From: Eledone cirrhosa
Taxonomy: Eukaryota
Assembly (NCBI GenBank): GCA_964016885.1
Contig: OZ024742.1
Span: 195,238,001-195,302,000 of the forward strand
Length of the DNA stretch: 64,000 nt
Direction: 5' to 3'
The notes beneath the pieces are model-generated. The model ran no database searches and had not been told where the DNA came from. It was given only the letters and a program-made list of their open reading frames with translations. Position numbers and translations under genes: made by a program. The first letter of the stretch is position 1, and each line of letters begins with the position of its first letter. Shown in pieces: positions 14,957 to 29,167 of the stretch.

Positions 14957-15323
14957 TCTATATCATAAAACATGTCTTTAGAATCACTAGATATAATATA
15001 TACCATTTCCTCTCCCAATTTGCATAAAGGCTCCTATGAAGAAATCTCCGACAAATAACCGAAAGCAGCCCCTTCGCGGTGGCTACGATGGAGTATTTAT
15101 CGAACATTTCGACAGCATGTAGAAGGCGACCAGATATACAGTCAACTAAACACAATTAGGTGTAAAATCAAACTTAGAAGAAATGCGTACATACCTAATT
15201 ACCTCTACCATGGTTTCATCCGTATTTTAAGACATCCGATAACAGGGAATGTCTTAGAGCTTTGGAGAGGAAATGGTATATATTATATCTAGTGATTCTA
15301 AAGACATGTTTTATGATATATAG
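14957..15323. mobile_element. Non-coding element with ~60-bp inverted ends
   Basis: 14957-15018 mirrors 15263-15323. Confidence 0.65.
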
Positions 15324-15526
15324 CTCTGATTATTTAATTTATTAATTCTTCATTAAGCCACAACGTGACCTGTTGCAAAGCACATATATATCTATGACTT
15401 TATATATATGTAAACCTTTATATATATATATATATTATGTGAATGTATCTTTTGTATATGCGTGAATTTATGTAGCGTTTGTTTAGTGGATGTGTATAGG
15501 ATGTGTATATATATTTATATATATAT

Positions 15527-16023
15527 AAAGAAAAAAAGATGAAATCGAAAATGCAACTGGAGTCTTATTTTTAAAAATATATATATTTATTTGGTTCCTT
15601 TACCGGTTTCGCAGTTCTTCTGCTTTTCAAAAGTAGAGTTGAGATGGAGGGTCTGTGGTTTTTCTCACATATGGTTGATCTTTGAATGTTACTTGTTTTA
15701 TATGGAAAAAAAGTGGCTCGAAACGCTAGGTTTTTAGAGAAGTAATTTGATTGGTTGGTCAATAATTATAATAAATTTCGCGCCAGTTCCCGTTACAAAG
15801 TTCTTCAAACAAAGGGGTGGGGGCTCAGGTTGTTTTTTCATATATGAGTGAAGTTTGGTTGGTTGATGCTGTCACGTGAATAAGCACATCAACTTTCGCA
15901 AAGTTCTTCAAACAAGGGGGGGGGGCAACAACCTGAGCCCTCCCCCCTTGTTTGAAGATCTTTGTAACGCGAACTGGCGCGAAATTTATTATAATTATTG
16001 ACCAACCAATCAAATTACTTCTC
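15527..16023. repeat. TA-anchored repeat with ~100-bp internal inversion (ends recur at 33897-33950, 34080-34230; diverged relative at 53810-54200)
   Basis: 15736-15836 mirrors 15926-16023; terminus AAAGATGAAATCGAAAATGCAACTGGAGTC recurs. Confidence 0.7.
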
Positions 16024-16329
16024 TTTTAGAAAGACATTGGCTAGACGTAGACGTAGGATAGATTGTGCCTGTATTTCATAGAGCCAATCTTGTCACACAC
16101 TGTGTGACGCTGAATCTCCCTGAGAAGAATTACATTAAATGCACATCTGATTCTGGAATGCTCATTTCATAACCAAGATATTCCGTTGATCAAACGACTA
16201 AAACACTCATCATCGAAACCGACGGAGATCCATTCCATTCGTACAATATGTGTAATATGTATAGTTGTTTATCCTGTGCACAAATATGTGGATGTATGCG
16301 TTAGGTTTTCTAAGATGTTAGGTGAACTT

Positions 16330-17520
<1,191 letters not shown>

Positions 17521-17673
17521 CGTTGCTGCTGTTTTTCTTACTGCACAGATTATCTCCTGGGAGTGAAAAGGAAAAATAAACTTCACCATGTGCTTAGCCA
17601 ATAAGAAGACTGCAGATTACACATATACACAACACATAGGGACAAGAATACATATGTCATATATATATATATA

Positions 17674-17721
<48 letters not shown>

Positions 17722-18022
17722 CGCGCGCGTGTGTGTTTGTATGCGTGGATCTGTGCGTCTTTACGCACACACACATGTATATATATACTAATTTAAAGGT
17801 ATCACAACATATATATGTATGATGATTATGTTTCTCAGTAGAATTATATATATTTATATATAGTCGATCTACTTTCGTCAAATCGGACCGAGGAAACAGT
17901 GTTTCCATTGGTCTTTCCAATTGCTAATACTATACTCGGTCGTCAGACAGAGAAGTTATACATAGAGCATTCCTTTTTCCTTTGCTTTTCCTTCGGAATT
18001 GGCTAACATATATATATATATA

Positions 18023-20391
18023 TATAACAGAATTCTGGGTCGTATGAATATAACAGGAGACTCGGTTGTGTGTATAAAGTTTAATTAACAAGTTGAAGTT
18101 ATGTAGTGCAGAATGGTTGATGTGTCAAGAGTGGATGAAAGAATGAAGTAAAGTTATTTGTTACCGTTTTGAAGTAAGCTCGCAAGAGACCATGTTAGGG
18201 TTGCCAGAGAGTAGAGCTTCGGCGAACGCGCCTGGCCGAAGGCCAGCAGCCGTGAGGGCAAATGAGAGGGAGACAGCTTAGAGCTGTCCCTTTTATACGG
18301 TCCCTGGAAGAAGTGACAAAGAAGGCAACCACAACGGGAAGTAACTCCAGCTACTTCCTGTCTAGAGAGCGTTACTCTACTCACAACAAGGGAAGCGACT
18401 CTTGCTACATTATCTCCCGCCAGATTTTTAAAACATAAAAATCGAATGAACCATGTATGAAGTAAGATGGCGAGCATGTTGTAACACCAAAGTCCAGGCA
18501 TGAAAATTACGAAAAAAATAATGTTTGCAATAAAAGCAAAATAGCAAAATATAAGCATGCAAAAATTAATGATAGATATCAAGGTAGCCAACTGCTCTTG
18601 GCCAGAGAACGACTGGACATCCATCTATCCATCACACAAAGATACAATGCAATCAAAAGAAGGGGTCAAAAGAGCAAGGAAACGCGCTCGAACATATTTA
18701 ATAAAAAAAAATTCAAATGTTCAAAAATAAAGTTCACAGGTGTGCAATCACATGACAGCAGGAAAGAAAGTGTGTCCTCCAGAGAATGTATGCAGGTGGT
18801 CTCTAGACTGTGGTACAACGTGAAATTCGGTGGGATTTTCTCACAGGAAGAGTGCTGCAAAAATAAATTCTCTGTTTTGTTCTGCTGGTTTTGGTTGTTG
18901 GTGTTGTCTCGCGGAGTGAGCGTATTCGTTGTTGTTTAAATTCACAGTGCAAAGTTTCCCAGAAAAAAAAAATGAGTTGCGCAAAGTGCTAGAAATAACA
19001 GCCAAAGTTGATGGTCGAAATTGAGAATGCGTTGACCTGTATGGGTCAAGAGGCCAGCAACCAAAGAAATAAGCATTCTGAATAAATGCGCAGTTTTCAA
19101 CGGCAAATTTACGTGGTAAATTTTTAATCCAGCAAATAGGAGAATACAGCTTAAGGCTGGAGAATACTTGGCAAGAAACATTATCTATGGGGTGTGTTAT
19201 CTCAGTGAGTCGAGATGTGTGCTGCCGACACGTGCCGAAACAAGGTTAAAGTCAAGTTGAAAAAAAATTTTCTATTGCGCGAGAAAATGGCGCGAAAACG
19301 ATAGTGCAACAGGTCGATGGCAGCCATTTTGAAAATTTTGTGTGTGAACGTGATATAATGAAAAATAAAGAAAGGCTTCACTTGGTATAACAAATATGGC
19401 GAGTTCAATTTTTTGTGAACGATGAAAAAAACTTGGTGGAAAGAATAAGCAATAGTTGAGATACAGAATAAATAAATCTTCATGTTGAAATGTGTAAAAA
19501 AAATATCAAATTTCTTCTTTTCTTTTTAAATGTTCGTTGAAAGAAGAAACGAAAAACATTTATATACATCCAGTGAAATGCGACACATAGTTGATGTACG
19601 ACACGTGCGTGAAAGGCAAAATTTTCTGTTTATTTTGCTTGCTGAGAAAAAATTTCTTTTATTTTCTTTTTTGATGTGTTCGTTAAAAGACAGTGTATGC
19701 GGAGAGAAATCCATGTCTAAGGAAGTCGGAGGGATTTCTTAGTCCGAAAAAAAAAATATCACGTTAGGTGAGAGAGAAAGAGTCTGTCTGAACGAGAATT
19801 TCACGTGCGCGTGTTCGTTTCTGTGTCTGCGTATTTTTCCTAGTTTGTTAATAAAGTTTGCTGCGTGTTAGAAATATTGGTCCACACATTCCAACGAAAA
19901 TGGGGTACTGCTAATTAATTTTTTTTGTTACATACTCACACAACATCAGATCCTGTTATTTTTTTCTTTTTGTCGGAGACCATTTATAACAGAATCCTGG
20001 GTTGTATGAATATAACAGGAGACTCAGTTGCGTGTATAAAGTTTAATTAACAAGTTGAAGTTGAAGTTATGTAGTACGGAATGGTTGACGTGTCAAGAGT
20101 AGATGAAAGAATGAAGTAAAGTTATTTGTTACCGTTTTTAAGTAAGTTCGCAAGAGACCATGTTAGGGTTGCCAGAGAGTAGAGCTTCGGCGAACGCGCC
20201 TGGCCGAAGGCCAGCAGCCGTGAGGGTAAATGAGAGGGAGACAGCTTGGAGCTGTCCCTTTTATGCGGTCCCTGGAAGAAGTGACAAAGAAGGCAACCAC
20301 AACGGGAAGTAACTCCAGCTACTTTCTGTCTAGAGAGCGTTACTCTACTGGTGATGTGATCGTCACAACAAGGAAGGCAACTCTTGCTACA
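18023..20391 (-). mobile_element. Non-autonomous LTR retrotransposon (possibly BEL/Pao-like)
   Basis: Direct repeats 18023-18409 and 19985-20391 begin TGTAGC on the minus strand. PBS-like TGGTCTCCGAC lies 2 nt after the 5' LTR and PPT GGCGGGAGATAA precedes the 3' LTR. TATAAAAG and ATTAAA occur in the LTR. No gag/pol frame. Confidence 0.8.
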
Positions 20392-20522
20392 TATATATAT
20401 AACAAAGGAATTGTGGTAAGGAACCAAATGGACCATAACGCACCAGAGTACCCAATACTTAGGGTAGTAGAGTGGGAAACAGGAAAAAGTATGACCCCGA
20501 CGGCAGAGCTCAAGCCGTTTCG

Positions 20523-20553
<31 letters not shown>

Positions 20554-21455
20554 GAAAACATGGCGTGCTGCGTGGTTGCAAACGGGTTACATATGAATAA
20601 ATTTAGTCCTTCATCAGTGATCTTCCAGCCTTCATTGGTATTTCATCGCTTTAAAGACCATATACCTCTGGTTGGTGCGAGCAACGGCTAAAGAAAGTCG
20701 TTGGGATACGTAAATAGGGGGAACGAGCGAGACAGTAAACAAACAAAGATGGTAATGCAACGAAAAGTGAGGAAGAAAGAGTCAAGTCCCTGAAATCGCT
20801 GAACATAAGTTCTGTGAAATCGTAGACGAGAGAGAATAAAGACCATCCGACCTGGTCGAAGTGGGAGTGAGGAAAGAATCTCGCACAGGTCAATCGGGAG
20901 GAAGTAGGAGAGGGAGTAGCAGAGAGTGAGTGAAAGTGTGAGGAAGAGGCTAACAGAGGGAGTGACTGGTAGAGGGTGTAAAAGGAAGTGAGAGATACAG
21001 AGAAAAGGGGAAGCAGTAAGAAAGAAACAGACGGGTCATCCAACCAGAGGTATATGGTCTTTAAAGCGATGCAATACCAATGAAGACTGGAAGATCATTG
21101 ATGAAGGACTAAATTTATTCATATGTAACCCATTTGCAACCGCGCAGCACACCATGTTTTCATATTTTTCATATATATTTTCCTTCGCTGTGACCCGTCT
21201 GTTTCTTTCTTACTGCTTCCTCTTTTCTCTGTATCTCTCACTTCTTTATGTTCATCGATTTCAGGGATTTGACACCTTCTTCCTCACTTTTCGTTGCATT
21301 ACCATCTTTGTTTGTTTACTGTCTCGCTCGTTCCCCCTATTTGCGTATCCCACGACTTTCTTTAGTCGTTGCTCGCACCAACCAGAGGTATATGGTCTTT
21401 AAAGAGATGAAATACCAATGAAGGCTGGAAGATCACTGATGAAGGACTAAATTTA

Positions 21456-21495
<40 letters not shown>

Positions 21496-22163
21496 CTCGC
21501 ACTTCTATTTTTTCTCCTTTGACTAAGCTACCGTGCACTGTTTCTAACTCTTTCTCCCTTTCAGCTGATGAACTTTGTTTTGTAACTTTGTGTGTGTGTA
21601 ATTCACCGAAAGGTAAATTCATCCTGTGTCTATCTGTTTTGCAGCGTCTCAATGTGCACTTGAATGAACAGTATCAATATTGATGAACTGAAACTATAGT
21701 GATTTCCAGAAGTTAACTGAGGTGAAGTGATAGTCAGCTTTTCCTTTGACTTTGTTCTGTTGCCTATGTATGCTAGCACAGTACCCGTAAAAATGACAGG
21801 ACTTAAAGTAAATTTACAACATGTTATGTGATGAATGCTTGAATTCACGAATTTCTATTAAACTGTTGTCTCCCTCGCCATCGCGGTATATCATTTCACA
21901 ATCCTTTAATTTAATTACGAGAATATTATTCCATATTTTCGTTAATCATTATCAAATACATTTTCATTAAATTCCGGTGACACTGTTATGCATTATTATC
22001 TATGTTTTTATCGATCTAAATATCTCTCTTCTTACTTTATTACTTTTTACAAAATTACTGACTTGGGTATTTGTTGTTACAAACGAGCTGTAGCTCGAGT
22101 CATGGTCTTTGTATGGATCTGGCTGATTCTACTTCTGCTAAAATTTGCTCCGGACGTAACACC

Positions 22164-22254
22164 CGTGTCTGAAAGAACCCGCAGAAGTAGAATCAGCCAG
22201 ATCCATACAAGGACCATGACTCGAGTTACATGCCGGCGAAACGTTTGTAACACG
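22164..22254 (+). ncRNA. Hammerhead of the 14812 family, core with one extra A; inverted partial copy at 22070-22138
   Basis: CGTGT-CTGAAAGA-ACCCGCA...TGCCGGC-GAAA-CGTTTG-TA-ACACG. Confidence 0.6.
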
Positions 22255-22301
22255 AAATAAACTAAGCCAGATGTATCACTAATTTTTCGTTTTCTTTATA
22301 A

Positions 22302-22376
<75 letters not shown>

Positions 22377-23244
22377 AGGAGGTGAGTTTTAGTGTAGCAC
22401 AATAAAGCAATGCAAATATCGGATAAGCACTCTACAGTTTGTGGGACTGGAGTATAAATAATATAAGATCAAAAGATTTTTTCCCGTTCTTTGCCAGGGA
22501 AAGTTTCCACGAACCAAAGTATCGTCTTCCTGTCTTCCTCCGACGGCAACGTATTTTGAAATATTCACTTCTGCGTTCCCAGATTGACTTTGTTAGTTTC
22601 AGAAGATCCCGTTAAGGTAAAAGCAGCGATTTTTGTTTAAACTTTAATCTGTTATTTTATTAAATATATATATATATACAAATTTTAGTACAGCATTAAC
22701 GAAGCTTTAGGTTGCGGCCAAGCTAACGAATGCAAATTCGGTACGTAGGTTTAGCACTCGATAGGGAATAGTACCCCAGAGTAATAACAATACGTTTAGA
22801 CAGCTTTTCAAATCAAATATAGCGATCGGCAGTCCAGCCGCATTACCATAGCAACGAAAATGGTTGGACTCAGGAAAAGATTTTAGACTGTCCTGGATAT
22901 AGCGCGGAGACCGAATACAACATATAATGCATATCGTATAGTATACGATATACATCACATACAACACACAATATCCACGCTAGGTTTCTGTAAATCCAAG
23001 ATCGACTAATTCCACTTGTAGGGTCTGTAAGTTAATGGTCTTTGACGACAGAACAAAGGATTTACTTCTTCAACAAGTCTTGTGCTCTTTAGCCACTGCG
23101 GGTGTGTTTATATATATATATATCTTTGCACACGGCACTAGGCAGAATTGTTTCTTTCCTCATTCACTGTCATCCGGGAACAGTTTTGTATGGCGTCAGT
23201 TTATGATTTGAACTCGGGAATTTTATATTCTCCCAGCGAGAAGA

Positions 23245-23330
23245 GCCTTCTGAAGAGAGTCCCCTTCTCAATGAAAAAATCCACTTGAATTAGCCGTTTA
23301 TTTTGGGATTTGAAACTGCGCGGTAAAGGC
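23245..23330 (+). ncRNA. Type I hammerhead ribozyme
   Basis: GCCTT-CTGAAGA-GAGTCCC...GGGATTT-GAAA-CTGCGCGG-TA-AAGGC. Confidence 0.8.
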
Positions 23331-23398
23331 GCATATAGTAAGTACGGCGAACTTTTTAAAATTTATTTTAAAACTTTTTCTCTATTTGCTATACCTTG

Positions 23399-23461
<63 letters not shown>

Positions 23462-23490
23462 CATCAAAAGATGGTTAAAAGAGTTCCAAG

Positions 23491-23563
23491 TATTTTATTA
23501 TGCGCATTTTTCAAAAACAAATATCATCATGGGATGATATCTGCGTTCTCATCAGATAAAATA
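23491..23563 (-). ncRNA. Type I hammerhead (PLE-2 family; two extra A after GAAA)
   Basis: TATTTTAT-CTGATGA-stem II-GAAAAA-TGCGCA-TA-ATAAAATA. Confidence 0.7.
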
Positions 23564-24710
23564 GGGATACATGATATGAAGCTGAAAAGACACTTGTGAA
23601 TAGTGAAGTTTAAAATCAACATCTGAAATAGAATTTAAGACTGATGTATGAGATTGGGAAAAAGTGAGGGGGGGGGGTAAAGAAGAGGAGGAGATGAGAG
23701 TAAAGAATAGTGGGGGAGGAGTATAAGAAGGAAGGATGAGAGAGGAGGAGAGATGGCTGATAGAGATGGCTGATAGATACCCTTTACAACTGAGAAAAAA
23801 TATATATTGTCTCACAGAGAGAAATTAAAAAGCCGTTGGAAGATAATAGATAATTTAAAAGAATTTGAAATTAAAAGTTAATGAGGTTTATGCACGAAGA
23901 GAAAAAGGAATTAAGAATAATATTAAATTAATGTTTGTATATTGAAGGGTTTAATAATATGTGCGAGGAAAAGAAATTATTAATATGTATTATTAAAATA
24001 AAAATATTAATGTTATTAAGGATATAATGTGAAAAGAAGGAGCAGAATGAATGAGTTATGAATTTAGAGGAATTAGTTAGGGTTTAAATTTGTTTTTATG
24101 TAATGTAATATGTGTGCGTAATATGTGTACGTAAATAGTTTGTTTAAAAATAAGCGCAGAAGGCAAAGAAGAAAATAATGTTTAAGGAAGAAAATATCTA
24201 ACATCAAAAAATATATATGTTTACGAAATATTTTCTAATAGTAATAATATAATATATTAAAAGACATTAGTTCGGGTTTAAGTTTGTTTTTATGTATTGT
24301 AATATGTAAAAGTCAAACGAGCATGAAAGAAATTTAAGGAAGAAAAATCCAACGTCAAAAGAAATGTTTATGTTTACGAAGGACTATTAAAGGTAATACT
24401 ATAATGTATTAAAAGAATAATAATTTGTATGGCCAATGATATGAGGAAAGGTGGAAGAATGGATAATGTTGTGGTGAGTAATAATAAGAATTGAGAAGTA
24501 GTTAGGAAGAAAAGGTACAGATTAGAGGTTAGAAATTAAAAAGAAAAGAGGAAGAAAGGAAAGTGATAAAGAGGAATGATATAGAATGAGTAACTTGTAT
24601 TATATAATATATAATAAATATTATTGAAATAAGGTAGAAAGATGGGTATATTTTTAAAAGATATATAAGCCTTTGAGAAAAAGGATTTTAAACTAGTAAG
24701 GTATTAGATA

Positions 24711-25150
24711 TTAGCTGTATACTTTATGGAATGTTCTGTGGAATTTATGCAAGCAGAGAGAAAATAAATCCGTGCGTCTATTTATTATAGAATTGAAATT
24801 AGATATAATGGTAAATTTCTCAGCTAGGCAAAGATTACATGTTCTGGATAGGGAGGCATTCAAGTAGGGAGAGGCAGAACAAATTTTTCTCCAAGAGATG
24901 TTATAGTTAATATTTTTGTCTTTCAAGGACCATATAAGTTCTGAGAGTGCCGTATTAGTTCTTTTAAGTTGGTATTTAAAAGACGAATTGTGATTATAAA
25001 ATCTAGCTTTGAAGGAGGTGGAAGTGGAACCGAAATAGGTAAAGGAATTGGTATCAGTTATAACCTTACATTCATAGACTAAGCTTTTATCAAGACAATG
25101 GTTATTGATGGACATTTAGTTCTAACAGGGCAATTACAATTACGATTAGA
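24711..25150 (-). pseudogene. PLE GIY-YIG endonuclease domain (frameshifted)
   Basis: VY..YFG motif, conserved R, CxLCxxE. Confidence 0.88.
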
Positions 25151-25870
25151 GAAATTAGCAGAGTTAGTAACAAGTAACCTAGTGTTATTTATAGGCGGAA
25201 TTGGATTGGAGAAGTTATTTACGATAGGAATAATAGTTTCCTGATTTAGATTGGTATTATGTATATTCAACGAAGTTACGTTTGACGTCGTATTTGAGTT
25301 TACAGAATCTAGCCTAGAATTAACAATGACGTCGGGAGCACTACTGCTATTATTATGACGCTCAGTGTTGGAAAGATGTGATTTAATATTTAATATTTTA
25401 TTGTTGTGTTTAGAGATAATGCTAGAGATGTTGGAAGAGGTGGAATAAGAAAATGTTATTGTATGTTTGTTAAAGATTTTACTTTAGATATGTGAGGGAG
25501 GGAAGCATTTATCTAAGACCCTAAAGAATAGTTTAGGAATATTATTATTAATAGAAATAGAGAAAGGAGCATTATACCAGATTATATTTTTGTATCTATG
25601 TCTTTTATTTAAGTTATTGGAATGTTTATAATTAATTATTTTACTGTAAGACCTTCTAGGATGGTTTCTTTACTGTATTTAATTTTATCAGGATAACCGG
25701 CTTTATTTTCTCTCTGCTTGCATAAATTCCACAGAACAATCCATAAAGTATGCAGCTAATATCTAATACCTTACTAGTTTAAAATCCTTTTTCTCATAGG
25801 CTTATATATCTTTTACAAATATACCCATTTTTCTACCTTATTTCAATATTATTTATTATATATTATATAA

Positions 25871-25972
25871 TTGTTTCTACTTTAGGCACAAGGCCAGAAA
25901 TTACCCAGTGTATTACTGGTACTTTATTTTATCGACCCCGTAAGGATGAAAGGCAAAGTCAACCTCGGCGGT
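25871..25972 (-). mobile_element. SINE 3' fragment inserted in PLE-2 pseudo-LTR
   Basis: Matches the SINE at 30558-30749; absent from the other arm. Confidence 0.85.
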
Positions 25973-27017
25973 ATTACAATTTACTCATTCTATATCATTC
26001 CTCTTTATCATTTTCCTTTCTTCATCTTTTCTTTTTAAATTCTAACCTCTAATCTGTACCTGTTCTTCCTAACTACTTCTCTATTCTTATTATTACTCAC
26101 CACAACATTATCCATTCTTCCATCTTTCCTCATATCATTGGCCATAAAAATTATTTTTTTAATACATTATAGTATTACCATTAGAAGTCCTTCGTAAACA
26201 TAATTTTTTGACGTTAGATTTTTTCTTCCTTAAATTTTTCTTATCTCCTGCATCCTTTCATGCTCCTTTTAAACTACTACTTAATTTGACTTTTACATAA
26301 AAACAAACTTAAACCCTAACTAATTTCTTTTAATATATTATATTATTACCATTAGAAAATGTTTCGTAAACATATATACTTTTTGATGTTAGATATTTTC
26401 TTCCTTAAACATTCTTTTCTTCTTCGCCTTCCACGCACATTTTTAAACAAACTATTTACGTACACATATTACATTACATAAAAACAAACTTAAACCCTAA
26501 CTAATTCCTCTAAATTCATAACTCATTCATTCTTCTCCTTCTTTTCACATTATATCCTTAATAACATTAATATTTCTATTTTAATAATACATATTAATAA
26601 ATTCTTTTCCTCGCACATATTATTAAACCCTTCAATATACAAAACTTAATTTAATATTATTCTTAATTCCTTTTTCTTCATGCATAAACCTCATTAACTT
26701 TTAATTTCAAAATCTTTTAAATTATCTATTATCTTCCAACGGCTTTTTAATTTCTCTCTGTGAGACAATATATATTTTTTTCTCAGTTGTAAAGGCTATC
26801 TCTCTCTCTCTATCATCCATCTCTCCTCCTCTCTCATCCTTCGTTCTTATACTCCTCCCCCACCATTCTTTACTCTCATCTCTTCCTCTTCCTTACCTTT
26901 TCCACCCCCACCCCCACTTTTTCCCAATCTCATACATTAATCTTAATTTATTTTTCATATGTTGATTTAAAACTTCACTATTCACAAGTGTTTTTTAAGC
27001 TTCATATCATGTATCCC

Positions 27018-27088
27018 TATTTTATCTGATGAGAACGCAGATATCATCCTATGATGATATTTGTTTTTGAAATGTGCATAATAAAATA
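27018..27088 (+). ncRNA. Type I hammerhead upstream of PLE-2 ORF
   Basis: TATTTTAT-CTGATGA-GAACGCAGATATCATC ctat GATGATATTTGTTTTT-GAAA-TGTGCA-TA-ATAAAATA. Confidence 0.85.
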
Positions 27089-27292
27089 CTTGGAACTCTT
27101 TTAACCATCTTTTGATCTTATATTATTTATACTCCAGTCCTACAAACTGTAGCGTGCTACTTATCCGATATTTGCATTGCTTCATTGTGCTACAATAAAC
27201 CTCACCTCCTACATTAACTAGCTCCTTAACTGTTTAAGCGCTAACCCTCATATCGGATACCTTTTGATGGTCTTTAATTTTTCTTCTACAAC

Positions 27293-28510
27293 ATGGATTA
27301 TTACAAGATAACCACTTCAACTAAAGACATTCCTATACCTGGTAAATCTGAATTCACTAAACTTCTGATTGAAAAAACTGACTCCTTTGTGAGAAAGCTT
27401 AGATGGATAGTTTTTTTCCACGACCAGCACCAAAAAGGACATTTCTATACTAAGGAACATAACTTTCTTGATCATTTATTTAACTCTAGAAGAAATCCTC
27501 CTTCCAACAAAAATCTAGTGCAGTTCGACGAAGAATTAACTAATATTATAAGAAGTCTTAAATTCAAGAGAAACCCTTACAGAGGACAAGAGCACCTTGT
27601 AAATCTCAGGAATACGATTTTAAACCTTAATTCCTCTAAAAATGTCTTAGTCCACTCCGACAAAACTAATAATTTATATGGCGTATCTAGGAATAACTAT
27701 AATAACCTTATCCTTAAGGAACTAAGGAAGAATTATCGTAAAACTAACCATGACAATTTGGAATCTATAAACTTTGAAGCTTCTGAGATTATGTCTAAAC
27801 TTGGCATTGAAAAAAAGACCGAACCATTCCTCCCAAGAACTCCTAGGATAAATCTCAAGGATCATAAAAATAATTTTCGAACGGAACTGCCTGTTAGACT
27901 AATCGCCCCCTCTAAATCAGATCTGGGGTTGTTAGTAAAGCCATCTTGGATAGAATTACCCCACAGGTTCGTTCTAATTGCTCTATTTCTAACTTAAATT
28001 TATGGTTTGGTACATCTGAAGTGATTGGCTGGTTCAACAACCTGAATAAGAAAAACAAACAAAAATTTATTCAATTTGATATTGCCAGCTACTATTCTTC
28101 TATTTCGCCTTCACTTCTCAACAATGTTCTATCTTTCGCATTTAAATATTCTGACATCACCACAGATGAACTTTACCTCATTCTCACCGCAAGAAAAACT
28201 ATCTTAGAATTCAACAATGAATACTGGACTAGAGTCGATACTTCCAACAACTTTGATATCATAATGGGTGCTTCCGATTCATCGCAATTGACTGATTTGA
28301 TTGGTATTTTTATTTTGAATTCTTTAAATCGGAAAATTCCTCAACTTCGCGGTGGAATTTATCGTGACGATGGACGTTTTACTATCTTAAATTGCAACTT
28401 AGTTAACCTTAATATTATTAAGAACAATATACGTGATCTCTTTAAGCAACATAACCTTAAAATTGAATTTGATAACAACGTCAAACTAGCTAACTTCTTG
28501 GATATATCCC

Positions 28511-28520
<10 letters not shown>
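27293..28520 (+). pseudogene. Penelope-like reverse transcriptase (frameshift near 27950, 3'-truncated)
   Basis: Motifs KDIPIP..LIEKTDSFVRKLRW, HSDKTNNLY, LKDHK, VRLIAP, FDIASYYSSI, MGASD, YRDDG, FLDI. Confidence 0.9.
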
Positions 28521-28593
<73 letters not shown>

Positions 28594-28667
28594 TAAAATC
28601 AAGGTATAGCAAATAGAGAAAAAGTTTTAAAATAAATTTTTCAAACTTCGCTGTACTTACTATATGT

Positions 28668-28741
28668 GCCTTTACCGCGCGGTTTCACATCCCAAAATAA
28701 ACCGATATTCCAAGTTAAGAAGGGGACTCTCTTCAGAAGGC
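28668..28741 (-). ncRNA. Type I hammerhead (23245 family)
   Basis: GCCTT-CTGAAGA-GAGTCCC...GGGATGT-GAAA-CCGCGCGG-TA-AAGGC. Confidence 0.8.
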
Positions 28742-29072
28742 TCTTCTCGCTCGGAGAATATAAAATTCCCGAGTTCAAATCATAAACTGACGCCATACAA
28801 AATTGTTCCCGGATGAGAGTGAATGAGGAAATAAACAATTCTGCCTAGTGCCGTGTGCAAAGATATATATATAAACACACCCGCAGATAAGCCGACAAGA
28901 CTTGTTTCGCTTATCTCTCCTGTTTGCTGAGATCAAAGTGAGTGAATTTGTCACTACTTTAAAACAATAGCTTACGGTCTTCAAAATGCTTTTAATTAAG
29001 CATAAAGTGTATTGCAAAATACATTATATATACATCCATATATATATATTGCTATTTCAGAGTTCCAATTCT

Positions 29073-29160
<88 letters not shown>

Positions 29161-29167
<7 letters not shown>

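Larger units (their letters stand above)
23461..25700 (-). mobile_element. PLE-2 3' portion (thumb/linker, GIY-YIG domain, long 3' UTR, hammerhead)
   Basis: CNCPVRTKCP linker; LVYECKV..YFGSTSTSFKARFYNH..TALSELIWSLK..CNLCLAEK. Confidence 0.88.
25705..28520 (+). mobile_element. PLE-2 5' portion: pseudo-LTR (copy of 3' UTR), hammerhead, RT ORF cut off by (TA)n
   Basis: 25705-27117 is an inverted copy of 23461-24760; the ORF starts at 27293. Confidence 0.88.

Noticed and set aside
17860-17950. Minus-strand CTGACGA...GAAA hammerhead candidate
   Set aside because: Stem II does not close next to GAAA and there is no matching stem I.
21400-21455. SECIS or C/D-box-like ATGA..TGA motif
   Set aside because: Helix II pairing and spacing do not fit a SECIS, and no linked in-frame UGA ORF was seen.
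21560-21620. CTGATGA...CGAAAGGTA
   Set aside because: No convincing stems I and II.
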